From Eledone cirrhosa (taxonomy: Eukaryota), in contig OZ024757.1 of assembly GCA_964016885.1 (NCBI GenBank), forward strand, positions 17,670,001 to 17,734,000: 64,000 nucleotides of DNA, given 5' to 3'. Numbering within the stretch: the stretch's first letter is position 1; every line of letters starts with the position of its first letter. The notes below the pieces were generated by a model. The model was not told the origin of the DNA, did not search any database, and worked only from the letters and a program-made list of their open reading frames with translations. A program made the translations under genes and the position numbers. This document shows positions 29,703 to 43,809 of this stretch, in pieces.

Positions 29703-30189
29703 AAATAGAAGGATGTGGGAATATGAGTAGCAGAATAGAAGAATTAACTGACAATGTCAACACCAACAATTTAAGTAGGTGTCATTGTGTGTGTGGGGGG
29801 GGGGGTAACCACGTCAAAGTTCTTTCATCACACATTCTGTGACCTCCTCAGTGACTAATTGATTATTTTGTGTCTCACCTTTTCTTTGTCTTATACAATC
29901 TTGCTATTGTTACCCGTTTGCTGTGTACTTGGGTTGTGCATGCGTTATATCTGTGTGTGTATGTATGTGTGTGAGTGCCTGGTTTGTTTTATTAGTTTGG
30001 TTCTTGTGTGTCTCTGTATGTCTTTATCTTGTCCTTACTACGCTGTGAGGTTGTTGCTATTCTACTCATGTTGTCTGTTTAATTTTTGTTGGATTTTACG
30101 TTTATCGCTTCAGTAATCATATCCGCACACAGAAAAGGTGCAATGTGCCGACAGATTGTCACAGACTTGGGATGCTCCCTTTTCTTTTA

Positions 30190-30560
30190 AACAGGTGAGC
30201 GATTGAAACATCTCTGAAGCCCTAAGGAATTTCCTCCTGATCCCACGTAGTTTGGAAAAAGGCTCTGTTTAGTTTCTCTCTAAGCTTGATACTGCCAGAT
30301 TTGAGAATCTCTGCACTGACGGAATCCTTACCAGTGGTTTTCCCATGGGTGAGATGATTCAAGGCTTGTGCAACCAAATCCTCAAATGGGAGGTTACCAT
30401 TTGGGGCCTGGGGAAGTCCATGACTTCTACATTTGTAGATGAAGGGCAACTTAAGACATTGTTGAAATGCTACGCCCAGCGATCGAGAATGAATTTCTTA
30501 TCAGTGATAAGTGTGACACCAGAGTAAGAAGACTCATTATTTAGTCTTAAATCCTGTTGT
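30190..30560 (-). mobile_element. Degenerate RTE-type LINE RT fragment
   Basis: GKTTGKDSVSAEILKSG...WDQEEIP resembles the GKAPGxDxIPAE region of RT domain 0. Confidence 0.7.
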
Positions 30561-30974
30561 GAACAATGCAGGTCAGGTGACCCCTTAGAGGGCGGTGGAT
30601 TGGCAGTATCGATAGAACGTCGGACGCCATGCTTTGCAGCATAGAGTCCTTTATGACCTGAGTTCAAATCCCGCCGAGGTTAACTTTGCCGCTCATCCTT
30701 ACGTACATATATATATATAAATATATCAAATGTAGAACTATAAAATCAATTCTCAAAGAAGAATAGAGAGACAGACTTATAGAGTGTATTTGCAAGCTTC
30801 AGAGAGAAGCGGTTGCTCTATGCTAATATCATGCAAATAGGAGTTAAGAGATGATAAAGATTATAGCGTGGAAAAAGTTAGTGATGCATTTGGGAAATAA
30901 GCAGAGCATGTACATTAAAAACACATTAAACTAACCACTTAATTTCCCCTCTATCTAATTTATGATGTCATTGT

Positions 30975-31320
30975 AGGATTCCTAGTAAATGCCCACTTGA
31001 CGGTTGTGCCTCTGTAGCAATATAGTATATAAATGTGCGGTAAATACCCACCATACGAGTAATTCCTACATTGGGGCCACAGCTAATCAGGTTAAGTCTA
31101 GGTACAATTCCAATACACATTCGTTTAAGAATAACAAGCTGAGGCATACTACTTCTTTAGCACATTATATTACTAACTTAGTCAAATCTAAATCCACCTA
31201 CAAATCGCAATGGGAAATTCTGGATAGATCTACCTCTTACAATGGAAATAAAAAATCATGTTATATATATTTATCCGAAGCTTACTATATTACAACATCG
31301 AATCCTAGCCTTATAATAAG
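30975..31320 (+). mobile_element. Penelope-like GIY-YIG endonuclease remnant
   Basis: CPLDG/CLCSNIVYKC...SYIGAT...KSRY...SFKN...TSLAHYI...WEIL. Confidence 0.8.
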
Positions 31321-31757
31321 GCACACACACAACCACACCCGTGAAACCCCCGTACGCTCGACTCTTTTTTATTAATTTTTGTATTATGAATTCAGAATTG
31401 ATTTCATCATGTACCCCAATTGAAGACTAAATGGAATTTAGAATAACATTTTTCTATACAACATGTTTTACTCTCTTCTAATTTATAAGGAGCACTTTTA
31501 TTCCTAAGCAACGCGAGGTGCGTCTTTTAGAAGGCCTGCAGTTGGCCCTTTATAGATTTGTCTGTCTGCCTGTGTGTCATACATGGCGCAAAGAGCTATG
31601 TTGTGGTAACCTGTCTTGCTAGAAATGACAGCGAAATAAAACCTTAGCTTTTACCTCGCCTGCGCAGACCCCACCTCCACACAGATTGTGGTGTATCTAT
31701 CTCTGTATTCCTATCTATCCATGTATCTCTCTATCTATCTCTCCATGTGTCTATCCG

Positions 31758-31788
<31 letters not shown>

Positions 31789-32920
31789 CATCATCATCAT
31801 CATTTTACGTCCACTTTTTCCCTGCTTGCAAGGGTGGGACGGGAAGTGATTCTGGCTAGATTTCTACAGCTGGATGCCCTTCCTAACACCAACCTCATTT
31901 ACAGTGAGTGCTGGGTGCTTTTTTCCCGTGGCGCCTCCACTTTACAGTGGAATGATAGGGACCCCAGTCCTTATCATCTCATTTCTACAGCTGAGTAAAC
32001 TGGAGCAATGTGAAATAAAGTGTCTTGCTCAAGGAAACAACACATCACCCGGTCTGAGAATTGAACTCACAACCTTTCGATTGCAAGGCCAATGCTCTAA
32101 CCACTAAGCCATGTGCCTCTTATATATATCCAGCTATCTATCTATCTATCTATAGATATATCTGTCTATCTATCTATCAAGTGTGGTAACTGGTTTCATT
32201 ACAAATGATAGAGGAATAAAACACTAGCTTCTAGAACACACACACACACATTGATTTGTACCTATCTACTCTTTTTGTCTCTATGTCTTCCTATCTATCT
32301 ATCGCCAACTACAGAAAGCATTCTCCAAAGGAGATGAACAGGATTTGTCTCATATATATAAAGAGGATTAACATGGCTTAGGGATTTGTCACTTATCCGT
32401 GTTAATCCTCCTTTTAACTGTTATTGCTAAATCACGGAATTTTCAGGAATCTACCCTCCGAAAAACCTAAGTAAACATCTTGTTGAGTCAACTACTACAT
32501 TACGCTGAAATACTCCTTGGTACAGATTACTCGTAACCTGAGCTTAGGTAACCTTAAATGATATCTCGTTCACTTTGATATATATATATATATATATCCC
32601 CGTCCCACCACCACCCCGTTCTATGTAAAGTTATGTTGGTGCCACACCATCCAGGCCGAAACAAATGAGATCGTGTAGGTGTCACGACAAAAAAACACAC
32701 AGTCCACGCTGTAATGTGGCCGTGTAGGCAACACGGTAAAAACCTCCCAGACCCACACTGTAAATGTGGTTGGTGTTAGGAAGGGCATCCAACTGTAGAA
32801 AACCTGCCAGACAGTTCTATGCGAGCAAGACAATCACTCTTGCCTCAAGTGGGACTACCCCCGTCCAAACCCATGCAAGCGTGGAACACGGACGTTAAAC
32901 GTTGATGATGATGATGATGA

Positions 32921-32962
<42 letters not shown>

Positions 32963-33040
32963 ATACGTTGGGAGGGTCATGTTGCTAATAAAAACACACG
33001 CACCTGTTGGTTTTCATTTCAATTTATTATAAATTTACGG

Positions 33041-33098
<58 letters not shown>

Positions 33099-33497
33099 GT
33101 ATATATAAATATATATATATCATCATCATCATCATCAATGTATATATATATATATATATATATATCATCATCATCATCATCGTTTAACGTCCATCTTCCA
33201 CACTTGCATGGGTTTGGACGGGAATTTTCCCACCTGAGGCAAGATTGGTTGTCTTGCTCGTATAGGACTGACTGGCGGGTTTTCTACGACTGGATGCCCT
33301 TCCTAATACCAACCACATTTACAGTGTGGACTGGGAGGTTTTTACCGTGTTACCTACACGGCCACATTACAGCGTGGACTGTGTGTTTTTTTGTCGTGAC
33401 ACCTACACAGCCTCATTTGTTTCGGACTGGATGTTGTGGTACCAACATAACTTTACAGTGAAAGGGGTGGTGTGGATGGGGTGGGGGTAGTGGGAAT

Positions 33498-33571
<74 letters not shown>

Positions 33572-33669
33572 GTATATATTTATATATATATCTATCTATC
33601 TATCCAAGAAAAACTTGAACCGTTAAGTTATGTTTCTTGGTTATGTCAAAATTTGTAAAACAAACTTTG

Positions 33670-33731
33670 TATTTTATCTGATGAAAGCATACCAAAGTTT
33701 TTGGTACCCTTGAAATATATATAATAGAATA
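33670..33731 (+). ncRNA. Type I hammerhead ribozyme motif (family A)
   Basis: TATTTTAT CTGATGA [AAGCATACCAAA GTT TTTGGTACCCTT] GAAA TATATA TA^ ATAGAATA. Confidence 0.85.
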
Positions 33732-33958
33732 AATATGGTTTTATAAATATAATTTCCATTATAATTTCCATTTATTTTAATATCATTGAATATTATACTC
33801 CAGATAACTTGTTGAGTGCTCTAAATCAGTTATAAACATTTATATTTGTTGAATTACCAACAAATTTAATATCCCTTTTGCTTATATATATATATGTTTA
33901 TATATATTTATATATATATATATGTATGTATAGGTATATATATAGTCAAACACACACA

Positions 33959-34023
<65 letters not shown>

Positions 34024-34439
34024 CCTTTATCAATTGGGAAATACCCGAACCATTCTCCAGCGTCTTCTATGTGTGAAGACTGCAGCTGTTATTATAAATA
34101 TCAAACTCTATATTTGCCATTAACGCTGCTCATGTGTTACACGTTCCTTTCTCATTCCAACTCTTGTCATCTATTGCCTATATAGCAGTCTGTCTCTCTA
34201 TCTTTCCCTTTCTTTCTCCTGTCTTTCTCTTCTTATCTCACTCTGAGATGTTGTGATGGCAACTACGTGTTTTCCTTTGTTTAGCTCTTATATTCATCTA
34301 CACTCTCTTATCCGGAATATCCAATCAGAGAACCGGAGAATAATTTGTCACTTAAGAGTGGAAACGAGGTAAAGATAAGTGTCATTGCACAGTTAGAAGA
34401 TGAAAATGAGACAATTAGAAAATACTGTAGAGAAATATA

Positions 34440-35046
34440 TACGAGAGTCGGCTGGAAAGTTCATAGGCTGACCATGAAGGAGTGATGCTTGAGCTGTGAA
34501 ATCTTGCATGCATTAATTTCAACTCTTCTTATTAATAACTGCATTGTTTTTGTCCAGGGACTATTTTGAAATATAAACCTCATTTGGCCGTTCCATGAGA
34601 GTATCTTGGTCATAAGCTGACTATAAAGTAGTGATGCTACAGCCGTGAAATCTTGCATGCATTAATTTCAACTCTTCTTATTAATAACTGCATTGTTTCC
34701 TTCCAGAGACTATGTTGAAAAATAAACCTAATTTGGTCATTCCATGAGAGAATTTTGATCATAAGCTGACTATAAAGTAGTGATGCTAGAGCCGTGAAAT
34801 CTTGCATGCATTAATCTCAACTCTTCTTTTTTATAAATGCATTGTTTCTTTCCAGGGATTATGTTGAAAAATAAACCTCATTTGGTCATTCCATGAGAGA
34901 ATTTTGATCATAAGCTGACTATAAAGTAGTGATGCTAGAGCCGTGAAATTTTGCATGCATTAATCTCAACTCTTCTTTTTTATAAATGTATTGTTTCTTT
35001 CCAGGGATTATGTTGAAAAATAAACCTCATTTGGTCATTCCTCGTA
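34440..35046 (+). mobile_element. Mariner-like MITE with four ~149-bp internal tandem units; single unit at ~13160-13320 (-)
   Basis: Starts TACGAG and ends CTCGTA; the unit ...GTGAAATCTTGCATGCATTAATTTCAACTCTTC... recurs every ~149 bp. Confidence 0.75.
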
Positions 35047-35207
35047 TATATAAAATGTCATGTAAACTTTTGGTTGACGTACGATGTACTGGGAAATCTG
35101 ACATTAGAAACTACAGTCGCCACGGCACAGAGAACTATACTAATAGTTGATATTGTCATATTTACAGCTCTTAAATGAGACAAACAAGAGAGAAGGGCGG
35201 ATAGGGT

Positions 35208-35246
<39 letters not shown>

Positions 35247-37349
35247 AACCACCACCACTACTACTATTACTACTACTACCACCACCACCACCACCACCAC
35301 CCCTACTACTACCACCACCACCACCACCACTACTACTACCACCACTACCACCACCACCACCACCACCACCACCACTACTACTACTACTATGATGAGGACA
35401 AATGTAATTAATAACTTTGATTCTTATTCTTCTCTTTCAGAATATTCTAGGCTAAAGACCCCAGTTGGAACCATTCCTAATATACCAGCACCCGGTATTG
35501 AGTACTTACGGTGACATTTACACAAAAGACTGAAACTATTAATTTAGCAATAGACAGTCTTCCAGCTTCGCCATATGCCAAACAAAATGGCTGCTACAAG
35601 AAGCGAACAAAGTAAATATATTTCATATCTTACGTTTTATGTCATTTATATTTACCAAAGCTCTAACAACTAGTTAGGAAATTACAAGTACAATCCATTA
35701 ATGGAACAGTAAAAATATGTAAAACATTGCAAAAATTTTGCATCTAATAACTGCATATACACATGTACAGATACTAAACATATACACATGCACACATACA
35801 ACTCAAAACATACACATCCATACATACATGTATCATGGATTACTTTACTGATTACAGAAAACAGTGTAACACAGACTTCGTTCAATTTCTGTGCATATTG
35901 TCAATTATGATTTCATTTGACAGGCATATGGCTTAGTGGTTAGAGCATTGGCCTTGCAATCGAAAGGTTGTGAGTTCAATTCTCGGACCGGGTGATGTGT
36001 TGTTTCCTTGAGCAAGAGACTTTATTTCACATTGTTCCAGTTTACGCAGCTGTAGAAATGAGATGATAGGGACTGGGGTCCCTATCATTCCACTGCAAAG
36101 TGCTCGTAGAGGTGCCACGGCAAAAAAGCACCCAGCACTCACAATGAGGTTGGTGTTAGGAAGGGCATCCAGCTGTAGAAATCAAGCCAGTATCAGTTCC
36201 TGTCCCACCCTTGCAAGCAAGGAAAAGCGGACGTAAAATGATGATGATGATGATGATGATGATGATGTATCATATCTATATGTATATATATATTTGCATA
36301 TAATATCAATATACACACTACACATGCTAGCAGAAAACCACCTGAAGGGTGATTTTCTGCTACTATCAGTAATGGAATGAACAATGGAAACATTGTCGCC
36401 TTTATCCGATCTGACAATTGCGTCTTTTCTTTACCGTTTCCATTTCAATGTTGATTCCAAACTATTGCTAAACTAAATATTTTTATCCTATTTTCTATTT
36501 TCACCACAGGTGGAGTACTATTTCCATATTTTGGTCTTTGTGATGGAGAAGTTTGACAAAACATTCATTTCGCTATTTCACAATGGAAATTTAAAAGAAA
36601 ATAAAACGTAAAAAAAGAGAGGAAAAAAAAGAAAGATGAGAAAGAAAATGAAAAAGTGACGAAAGTGAAGAGACAGTTATCTCCCATCGATGTCATTACA
36701 TTACAGTCGTTTCATCAAACTGTGTTGTTTAGGCACAGATTTAGCTGTGGCGCATACATAAATACATAAATATACATATACAGGCAGCATGCATTTGTAC
36801 ATATTCATATAGTCTTTATACATAGAAAAACACATATATATATATTTTTAAATTCAACTGTTGGAATTCATGAATTTCTGAAGCGAATTACCCACCACAT
36901 GGCATAGCTTCCGTTGAGCAGTTATATAGGAAGCTAGATCGGAAAATTGCGTTTGAGTTTGTGCCTCTGGCATTAAATCGATCTGGATTCCGCACTATAC
37001 GTACACACATACATACACATATACATACATACATGGTGGCTGCCAACTCGTTTTCGAGTACGGCCACTACTTTATATCCATGTAGGAGAACCCCTACCGA
37101 TGCGCTGAACGAGTGTGACTTTTTAGTCCAGCCAGCGACTTGAAAACTCTGGTACAAACACTACACTTGTGACAATTATTGACACATAGGGCTGGGCCCA
37201 TGGTACCATGTGACGGCAAGTGCAGAGAGATCTCCAGATATAAAGCAATGCCTGTGCCATGAAGCTTTTATAGTGAGCAAAGGCACTGCACAAAGCCAGT
37301 CCCACTCTCATACATACACACATACACACATACATACATACATACACAC

Positions 37350-37380
<31 letters not shown>

Positions 37381-37440
37381 TATAAAATTATTAAGTCAAA
37401 TATGTAAAATTTGGCTTCGTTTATTATAAATTATAGATAT

Positions 37441-37494
37441 ACTGCTATATATATTTCGGTGACAGCCATCATAGCTGTGACCTCTTCAGGCAGT
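37441..37494 (-). ncRNA. Type I hammerhead ribozyme motif
   Basis: Reverse strand: ACTGC CTGAAGA [GGTCACAGCTA TGA TGGCTGTCACC] GAAA TATATA TA^ GCAGT; perfect stem I and G-C closing pair on stem II. Confidence 0.85.
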
Positions 37495-38169
37495 CCGAAT
37501 CGGTGTGGGAAGGACAGGTACACATTTTGTTGAAGTGTGTTTTACTCTGTCAATACATATTTTCCACTCTGCCTGTACTATTAGGGTTCCTCCTCTCCCG
37601 GATACCGTGGGTCGGGGGCTATCCCTATCATGGCGCCTCGGATTATAAGATATATTTTGGCCATGGTATATATATATATACCAATATTCATGTATGCAAA
37701 TTTCTATCCCTAAATGCATTAGAATATCAATAACATCGAAAACAACAATGACACCAAAGAAAGAAACATAAGCATGCACATGTCCAAGGCACATAAAGCT
37801 GTGCCCAGTTAAATACAGTGACACATGCAATGAAAATAAAACTAATAATAATAATTGTTTTCCTTTTGTAATGTTTCTGTAGCAATCAGTTGTTAGGTGA
37901 AGTGTGTTTATAGGCCTCAGATCAGTCCCCGGTCTCAGAGCCCTAATATATCACGCAGGATTCTGGTGGTGCTAGTGATGGTAGAAATTTGGGCACTGCC
38001 TATGAAGTTCGGGATCCCAAGGCTTTTGATAAAAGACGTAAGGCGTTCAGAGACCGTGACGGTTGGTACGACTTCTGTCTCTACATGGTGCTCAGTTCAA
38101 ATAGGCATGCAAGCTCTGCATACTTATTGATCTTTTCCATTTCCTTTTCATCCACATTGTGGTTTTGAG

Positions 38170-38214
<45 letters not shown>

Positions 38215-38327
38215 TAAGTGAATTAGATTAATTAAATAGATACCAAAATACAAAATAAGGACAAAAGGGAACGAAAAGAGAAAAAGAAACAGTAAAATAG
38301 ATTCTCCCTGTTGAATGAGAGGAAGCA

Positions 38328-38671
38328 ATGTCAAGTTGCGGTAATATAGTTATAGAACCGTTGAAGGATCCTCCGATCCCTTTGAAACCTGAAGGAGAGC
38401 AGTTAGCAAAGAAGAAGAGAGAATGTGGCCCTCCAGGAAATGGGGTGGCACCCGTCTTCGATTATATGGAGTCTGAGATGTCAAGTTCCAATTCCCAAAT
38501 CTTTGAAAACAAATCACCCCCACCATCAGCCTACGAGAAACTCTACCCACCTGCCTTCATGACGAATACCAGGTCAAGGAGCTACCGCAGTAACTTAACT
38601 TTACAAGGAAAAGTCTACAACTTTCTGGAAAGACCGACCGGTTGGAAGTGCTTCATATACCATTTCACTGT
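38328..38671 (+). CDS. KCNQ1: KCNQ1/Kv7.1 coding exon 1 (N-terminus, start of S1)
   Basis: ATG with in-frame upstream TGA (38316); ends [24 protein letters not shown]; donor GTAAGT at 38672 (phase 2). Confidence 0.93.
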
Positions 38672-38734
38672 GTAAGTACTCAATATATGAACTTTTCTAT
38701 TCGTACTCATCCTGCATAGGTGGCGAATTGGCAG

Positions 38735-39347
38735 AGTCATTCGAACGTCTGATGGAATGGTAGCGTGGTTAGAACGTCAGAGAGAATGGTAGAGTGGTTA
38801 GAACGTCAGAGAGAATGGTAGAGTGGTTAGAATGTCAAAGAGAATGGTAGTCATTAGAACATCTGATGGAATGGTAGAGTGGTTAGAACGTCAGAGAGAA
38901 TGGTAGAGTGGTTAGAATGTCAAAGAGAATGGTAGTCATTAGAACGTCTGATGGAATGGTAGAGTGGTTAGAACATCAGAGAGAATGGTAGAGTGGTTAG
39001 AGCAACAGAGAGAATGGTAGTCATTAGAACGTCTGATGGAATGGTAGAGTGGTTAGAACGTCTGATGGAATGGTAGAGTGGTTAGAACGTCTGATGGAAT
39101 GGTAGAGTGGTTAGAACGTCAGAGAGAATGGTAGAGTGGTTAGAACGTTAGAGAGAATGGTAGAGTGGTTAGAACGTCAGAGAGAATGGTAGTCATTAGA
39201 ACGTCTGATGGAATGGTAGAGTGGTTAGAACGTCTGATGGAATGATAGAGTGGTTAGAACGTCAGAGAGAATGGTAGAGTGGTTAGAACGTCAGAGAGAA
39301 TGGTAGAGTGGTTAGAATGTCAGAGAGAATGGTAGTCATTAGAAGGT

Positions 39348-39350
<3 letters not shown>
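38735..39350. repeat. 27/29-bp minisatellite (GAACGTCAGAGAGAATGGTAGAGTGGTTA)
   Basis: About 21 tandem units starting in a SINE-head-like sequence GGCGAATTGGCAGAGTC. Confidence 0.93.
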
Positions 39351-39414
<64 letters not shown>

Positions 39415-39991
39415 ATAGAAGCTTTCGCTGTAATTTGGACTGAATTTAGCCTGATAGTGGGGTTTAGTACCTCTAAGAAATGGAAAAAAGATGAGAATTG
39501 ACGTACATGGGAATTGAACTCACATCTTTGGTTATCCAGACCACTGTGCTACCATTTCACCAGTAATCAGGAATGAAGAATTAGAGAAACAAGGACTCAG
39601 GAAACATTATTTAGTTGAATGAAGTCATGTGTGTACAAGATTGATCGATCGAGGAAAGGTATCAATAGGAAGGAAATATTGAATATTTTCAAATCCCGCC
39701 GAGGTTAACTTGGCCTTTCATCCTTACAGGGGGTCGATAAAATAAAGTACCAGTGATGCACTGGGACAATTGCTGGCCTTGTGCTAAAAGTAGAAACAAT
39801 TATATATTTATCTATTTCTTATTGTTTTGCCCAAAGATAGAGGATGGTTGCCTCCGCCAGGGTTTATTATAGTCTTATTGTTCTCTCTCTGTCTCTCTCT
39901 CTCTCTCACTCCCCCATCTTTCTCTCACTCTCTCTCACTTTCACCCCCTCTCTATCTCTTTCATTCTCACCTCTCTCTCTCCATTGTCCAG

Positions 39992-40082
39992 GTTTATGAT
40001 GGTCTTAGTCTGCCTTATATTCAGTGTCTTATCTACCATTGACCAATATACAGAATTTGCAAATGGAACATTGTTCTGGATG
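39992..40082 (+). CDS. KCNQ1: KCNQ1 exon 2 (S1, S1-S2 loop), 91 nt
   Basis: CCAG|[31 protein letters not shown] |GTAAG. Confidence 0.96.
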
Positions 40083-40249
40083 GTAAGAAATCTTACGTTT
40101 TCTCTTTTTCTTAATTTTTAGTTCATCTTTCACCGGCCACCTTCCAGGTGGCAAGGTTGTAAAGAAAAGGAAATTTACTCGCCTCTTGTTCTTCATTTGA
40201 ATCGTATGAATGTTTTACAGATCCATTTGTAGCCTATGAATTAAGGAGC

Positions 40250-42130
40250 TGCCCTCATTCTCCACGAATCCAAGTTCAGTTATACTTCGTCCAGTTGGGT
40301 TGGTATATAACCTGTAGCCCCAATAATATCACGTATGAATCTGAGGGTGTATCTAGGATACTGGATTTGCAAACTCCTCATCAACTGTCCGTAGATATCC
40401 TCCTTTTCTTGCATGTTTCTTACCACATTGACATCAAGTGAGCAGCTGACTTCTAAAACGGAGCATGTTTTAATGTGTGGTCCCAAACAACAATATGAGG
40501 TCGGTTGTGTTTTAATTTGGTGGCGGGTTTCAGTTTTAGGTTCCACCAGTATTCCTCCATCTTTGATTCCATTTTCGTGCTCTCATGCATTCCAGATCGT
40601 TCTAGCTATCAAATTATGCCTCATTTATTGTCAACTGATGATCTTCCTCTTTTGTGCAGTAAGTACTTGGTGGGAATTTCTTTTTCCTGGATTGCATGGA
40701 GGTATCTTTCAAAGTGGGATGTTAGGAACTCCATGATAAAGCTTTTAGTATGGTTTATCCTCTCAACGGTCCATATTTTTCATCTCAAGTACCAATGTTC
40801 AACCTTCTCAGTGAATTGGTCCATTTTAAATTTAGATCGAGCATTGAATAGAGTCTTAAAGTATTGGTAGGAGCGAGATGTGTATCAGGTTTTATTTCAA
40901 GTGTCTCTCTTCTAGATCAGTGGCAATCCTATCGATATATTTTCATGCTCATGAACCTGGGCAAGATGGCTGCTGACATTTTTCTTCTGTTGAAGTTGTT
41001 GTTTTAGTGTTATCAATATCTCAAATGATACTAACATGGATTATAGGCATCGGCCACCCTCTTTGTGTGAGAAGTATTGACATCACCCAAAGCCTATTGA
41101 CATCACCCACATCCTATTGATATCACCCTCAGCCTATTGACATCACCCACAGCCTATTGACATCACTCACAGCCTATTGACATCACCCACAGCCTATATA
41201 CATCACCCACATCCTATTGATATCACCCACATCCTATTGATATCACCCTCAGCCTATTGATATCACCCACAGCCTATTGACATCACCCACAGCCTATAGA
41301 CATCACCCACAGCCTATTGACATCACCCACAGCCTATTGACATCACCCAAAGCCTATAGACATCACCCACAGCCTATAGACATCACCCTCAGCCTATTGA
41401 CATCACCCTCAGCCTATTGACATCACTCACAGCCTATTGACATCACCCACAGCCTATTGACATCACCCAAAGCCTATTGACATCACCCACAGCCTATTGA
41501 CATCACCCAAAGCCTACTGACATCACCCAAAGCCTATAGACATCACCCACAGCTGTTAAAGTTTCCAGTAACATTTAACAGCTTGCTACTCCTTACATCC
41601 ATTTTACTCATTTCTTGCACTGATCAGTTCAGCAGGTCAAATGTGGGTTTAAGATTGTTACAGCAAAAATATTATGGGCAATGTGCTTTTTGTATGGTGA
41701 GAGTTCTGGTGACCATATTCTCTTTACTCGTCTGAGGTATTTCTTCCTGGTCCACTCTTTACTTATGGGTTCATCATATCTGACAATATCATCCTGTCCA
41801 AGATACCTAAAGTTGTCCCTTGACTATAGAGCTTGTATCTTCAAGCCGTTCAGTCTTAGATTTTCAGAGCAGGGCACACCTCTTCCACATTTATTGTCTT
41901 GGATTCACCAAAATTAATTCCAATGTCTGTAGAGAATTAGGTAATGAAGTCTAATTGCCTTCTGATGTGGTTGATATTTGGCCCATACAACTTCAGGTCG
42001 TCGACAAAGAAAAGATGGGAGATAATTGTTGATCTATTTCTATGGCCACTATGTGAGCTGGTATAATAGTGTGCTTAACAAGAGACCGAACAGCACCACT
42101 GACAAGCTGTTGTCCTGAAATTTAACTATT
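40250..42130 (-). mobile_element. Degenerate RLE-type (R4/Dong- or R2-like) non-LTR retrotransposon, 3' half, in intron 2
   Basis: Reverse strand ISHLFFVDDLKLYG (~41985-42027), KEGGR-like motif (~41060), and C-terminal LEVSCSLDVNV...EKEDIYGQL...IIGATGYIP. Confidence 0.8.
41075..41555. repeat. 20-bp minisatellite (GACATCACCCACAGCCTATT), about 24 units
   Basis: Direct reading; embedded in the LINE remnant. Confidence 0.97.
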
Positions 42131-42604
42131 TGGTAGTGAATGCTATCACCCTCAATTTGCTTCTATATCACCTCTAGGGAGCAAAACGGAATACCAAGTT
42201 TCCAAAACCTTTCGAAACGTGGAACTATTTTTGATTCAGAAACGTTTTGGGGCGAACCCCAAAGTCTAATACTGTTACATGGTCGTAAATATAAATATAC
42301 CCTTCTACTTTTTTTCACGGAATCCCAGACACTCCTTTACGGAAGCTTTCTGGCAGCCAGGCCATACTACAGCCAAATTTGTATGTATGTATGTGCGTGT
42401 GGTCACGCTTGAGTGCTACTGGTAACATGTAACCCAGTACAACCTGTCGCATGGTCGGGTAGTTGGCGACTAAACCGGCAACCCCACCAAGTTTCCTTGG
42501 TGAGGAGAGTGGTTTTGGACACCCTGCAGGACAAAAACAAAACCTGACAAAGGGCGGAAGAACTCATGAGAGTCAACAACCATCCAAAAATGTGTAAATA
42601 TGTA

Positions 42605-42632
<28 letters not shown>

Positions 42633-42635
<3 letters not shown>

Positions 42636-42800
42636 TGTTATACTTGGGGAGGGTCATATTTGTGTAATATTACACAAATATGACCCTCCCCAAGTATAAC
42701 AATATATATATATATATATGTATATATGTATTGTTATACTTGGGGAGGGTCATATTTGTGTAATATTACACAAATATGACCCTCCCCAAGTATAACAATA
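42633..42800. repeat. Two tandem perfect 72-bp palindromes (42633-42704, 42729-42800)
   Basis: TATTGTTATACTTGGGGAGGGTCATATTTGTGTAAT|ATTACACAAATATGACCCTCCCCAAGTATAACAATA, present twice. Confidence 0.95.
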
Positions 42801-43708
42801 TTTGTTTCGACACACGATTTCATATCAAAAACCTCGCAAAACTAATTCATCGCCGTTATGTATATATGTATAAGGTGGTGGATTGGCAGTATCGGTAGAG
42901 GGTCGGACGCCATGCTTTCTAGCATAGTTACGTCCCTTTACGATCTGAGTTCAAATCCCGCCGAGGTTAACTTTGCCTTTCATCCTTACGGGGTCGATAA
43001 AATAAAGTACCAGTAATGAACTGGTGATTGCTGGCCTTGTGCCTAAAGTAGAAACAGTTATGTATATATGTATATACATGTATGCATGTGTATGTATATA
43101 CGCGGGAACATAGAAATAATCGGGTTGGATACCCGATCACGTGGTTAAACCACTGGGAGTGAAGGACCCCTAGCCTTTGTCACGGCATTCTTCTAGGAGA
43201 AGGGAACTCAGGAAACTGGGATAACTCCGATATATAACCTGCAGCTCAGTAGTTACCGATGATATTGATCTTTTCTTCTTTTCGGGTTATAGCCACTGTC
43301 GCTCAGAGAGTGGGATTGGCTCAGTGCACGCATTGCACGATAGAATTAATTAAAAATTTATTATTAATGGTATATCATGCAATGGCCATACTCGATAACG
43401 AGGGGACAGCCATCATGTATGTATGTGTATGTATATATGTATGTATTATGTATGTGTATGTATGTATCTATGTATATACATATATGTATGTATGTATGTA
43501 TATATGCATGTATGTATGTATATATGCATGTATGTATGTATGTATGTATGTGTGTATGTGTGTGTGTGTGTGTGTGTGTATGTCCCTCATAAACAATACA
43601 TCATGGTGATGATAATGATGATGGAGGTAGTGGTTGTGGTGGTGGTGTTGATGGTGATGATGATGATGATGGTGATGATAGTGATAGTGATGGTGGTGAT
43701 GGTGATGG

Positions 43709-43739
<31 letters not shown>

Positions 43740-43809
43740 GGTGAAGATGGTGATGGTGATAATGATGATGTTAACATTTCTTTCCATTTTTCCCCTTCTT
43801 TTCCCACAG

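Noticed and set aside
35921-36000. tRNA-like A/B boxes
   Set aside because: SINE heads in multiple dispersed copies with no complete cloverleaf evident; not tRNA genes.
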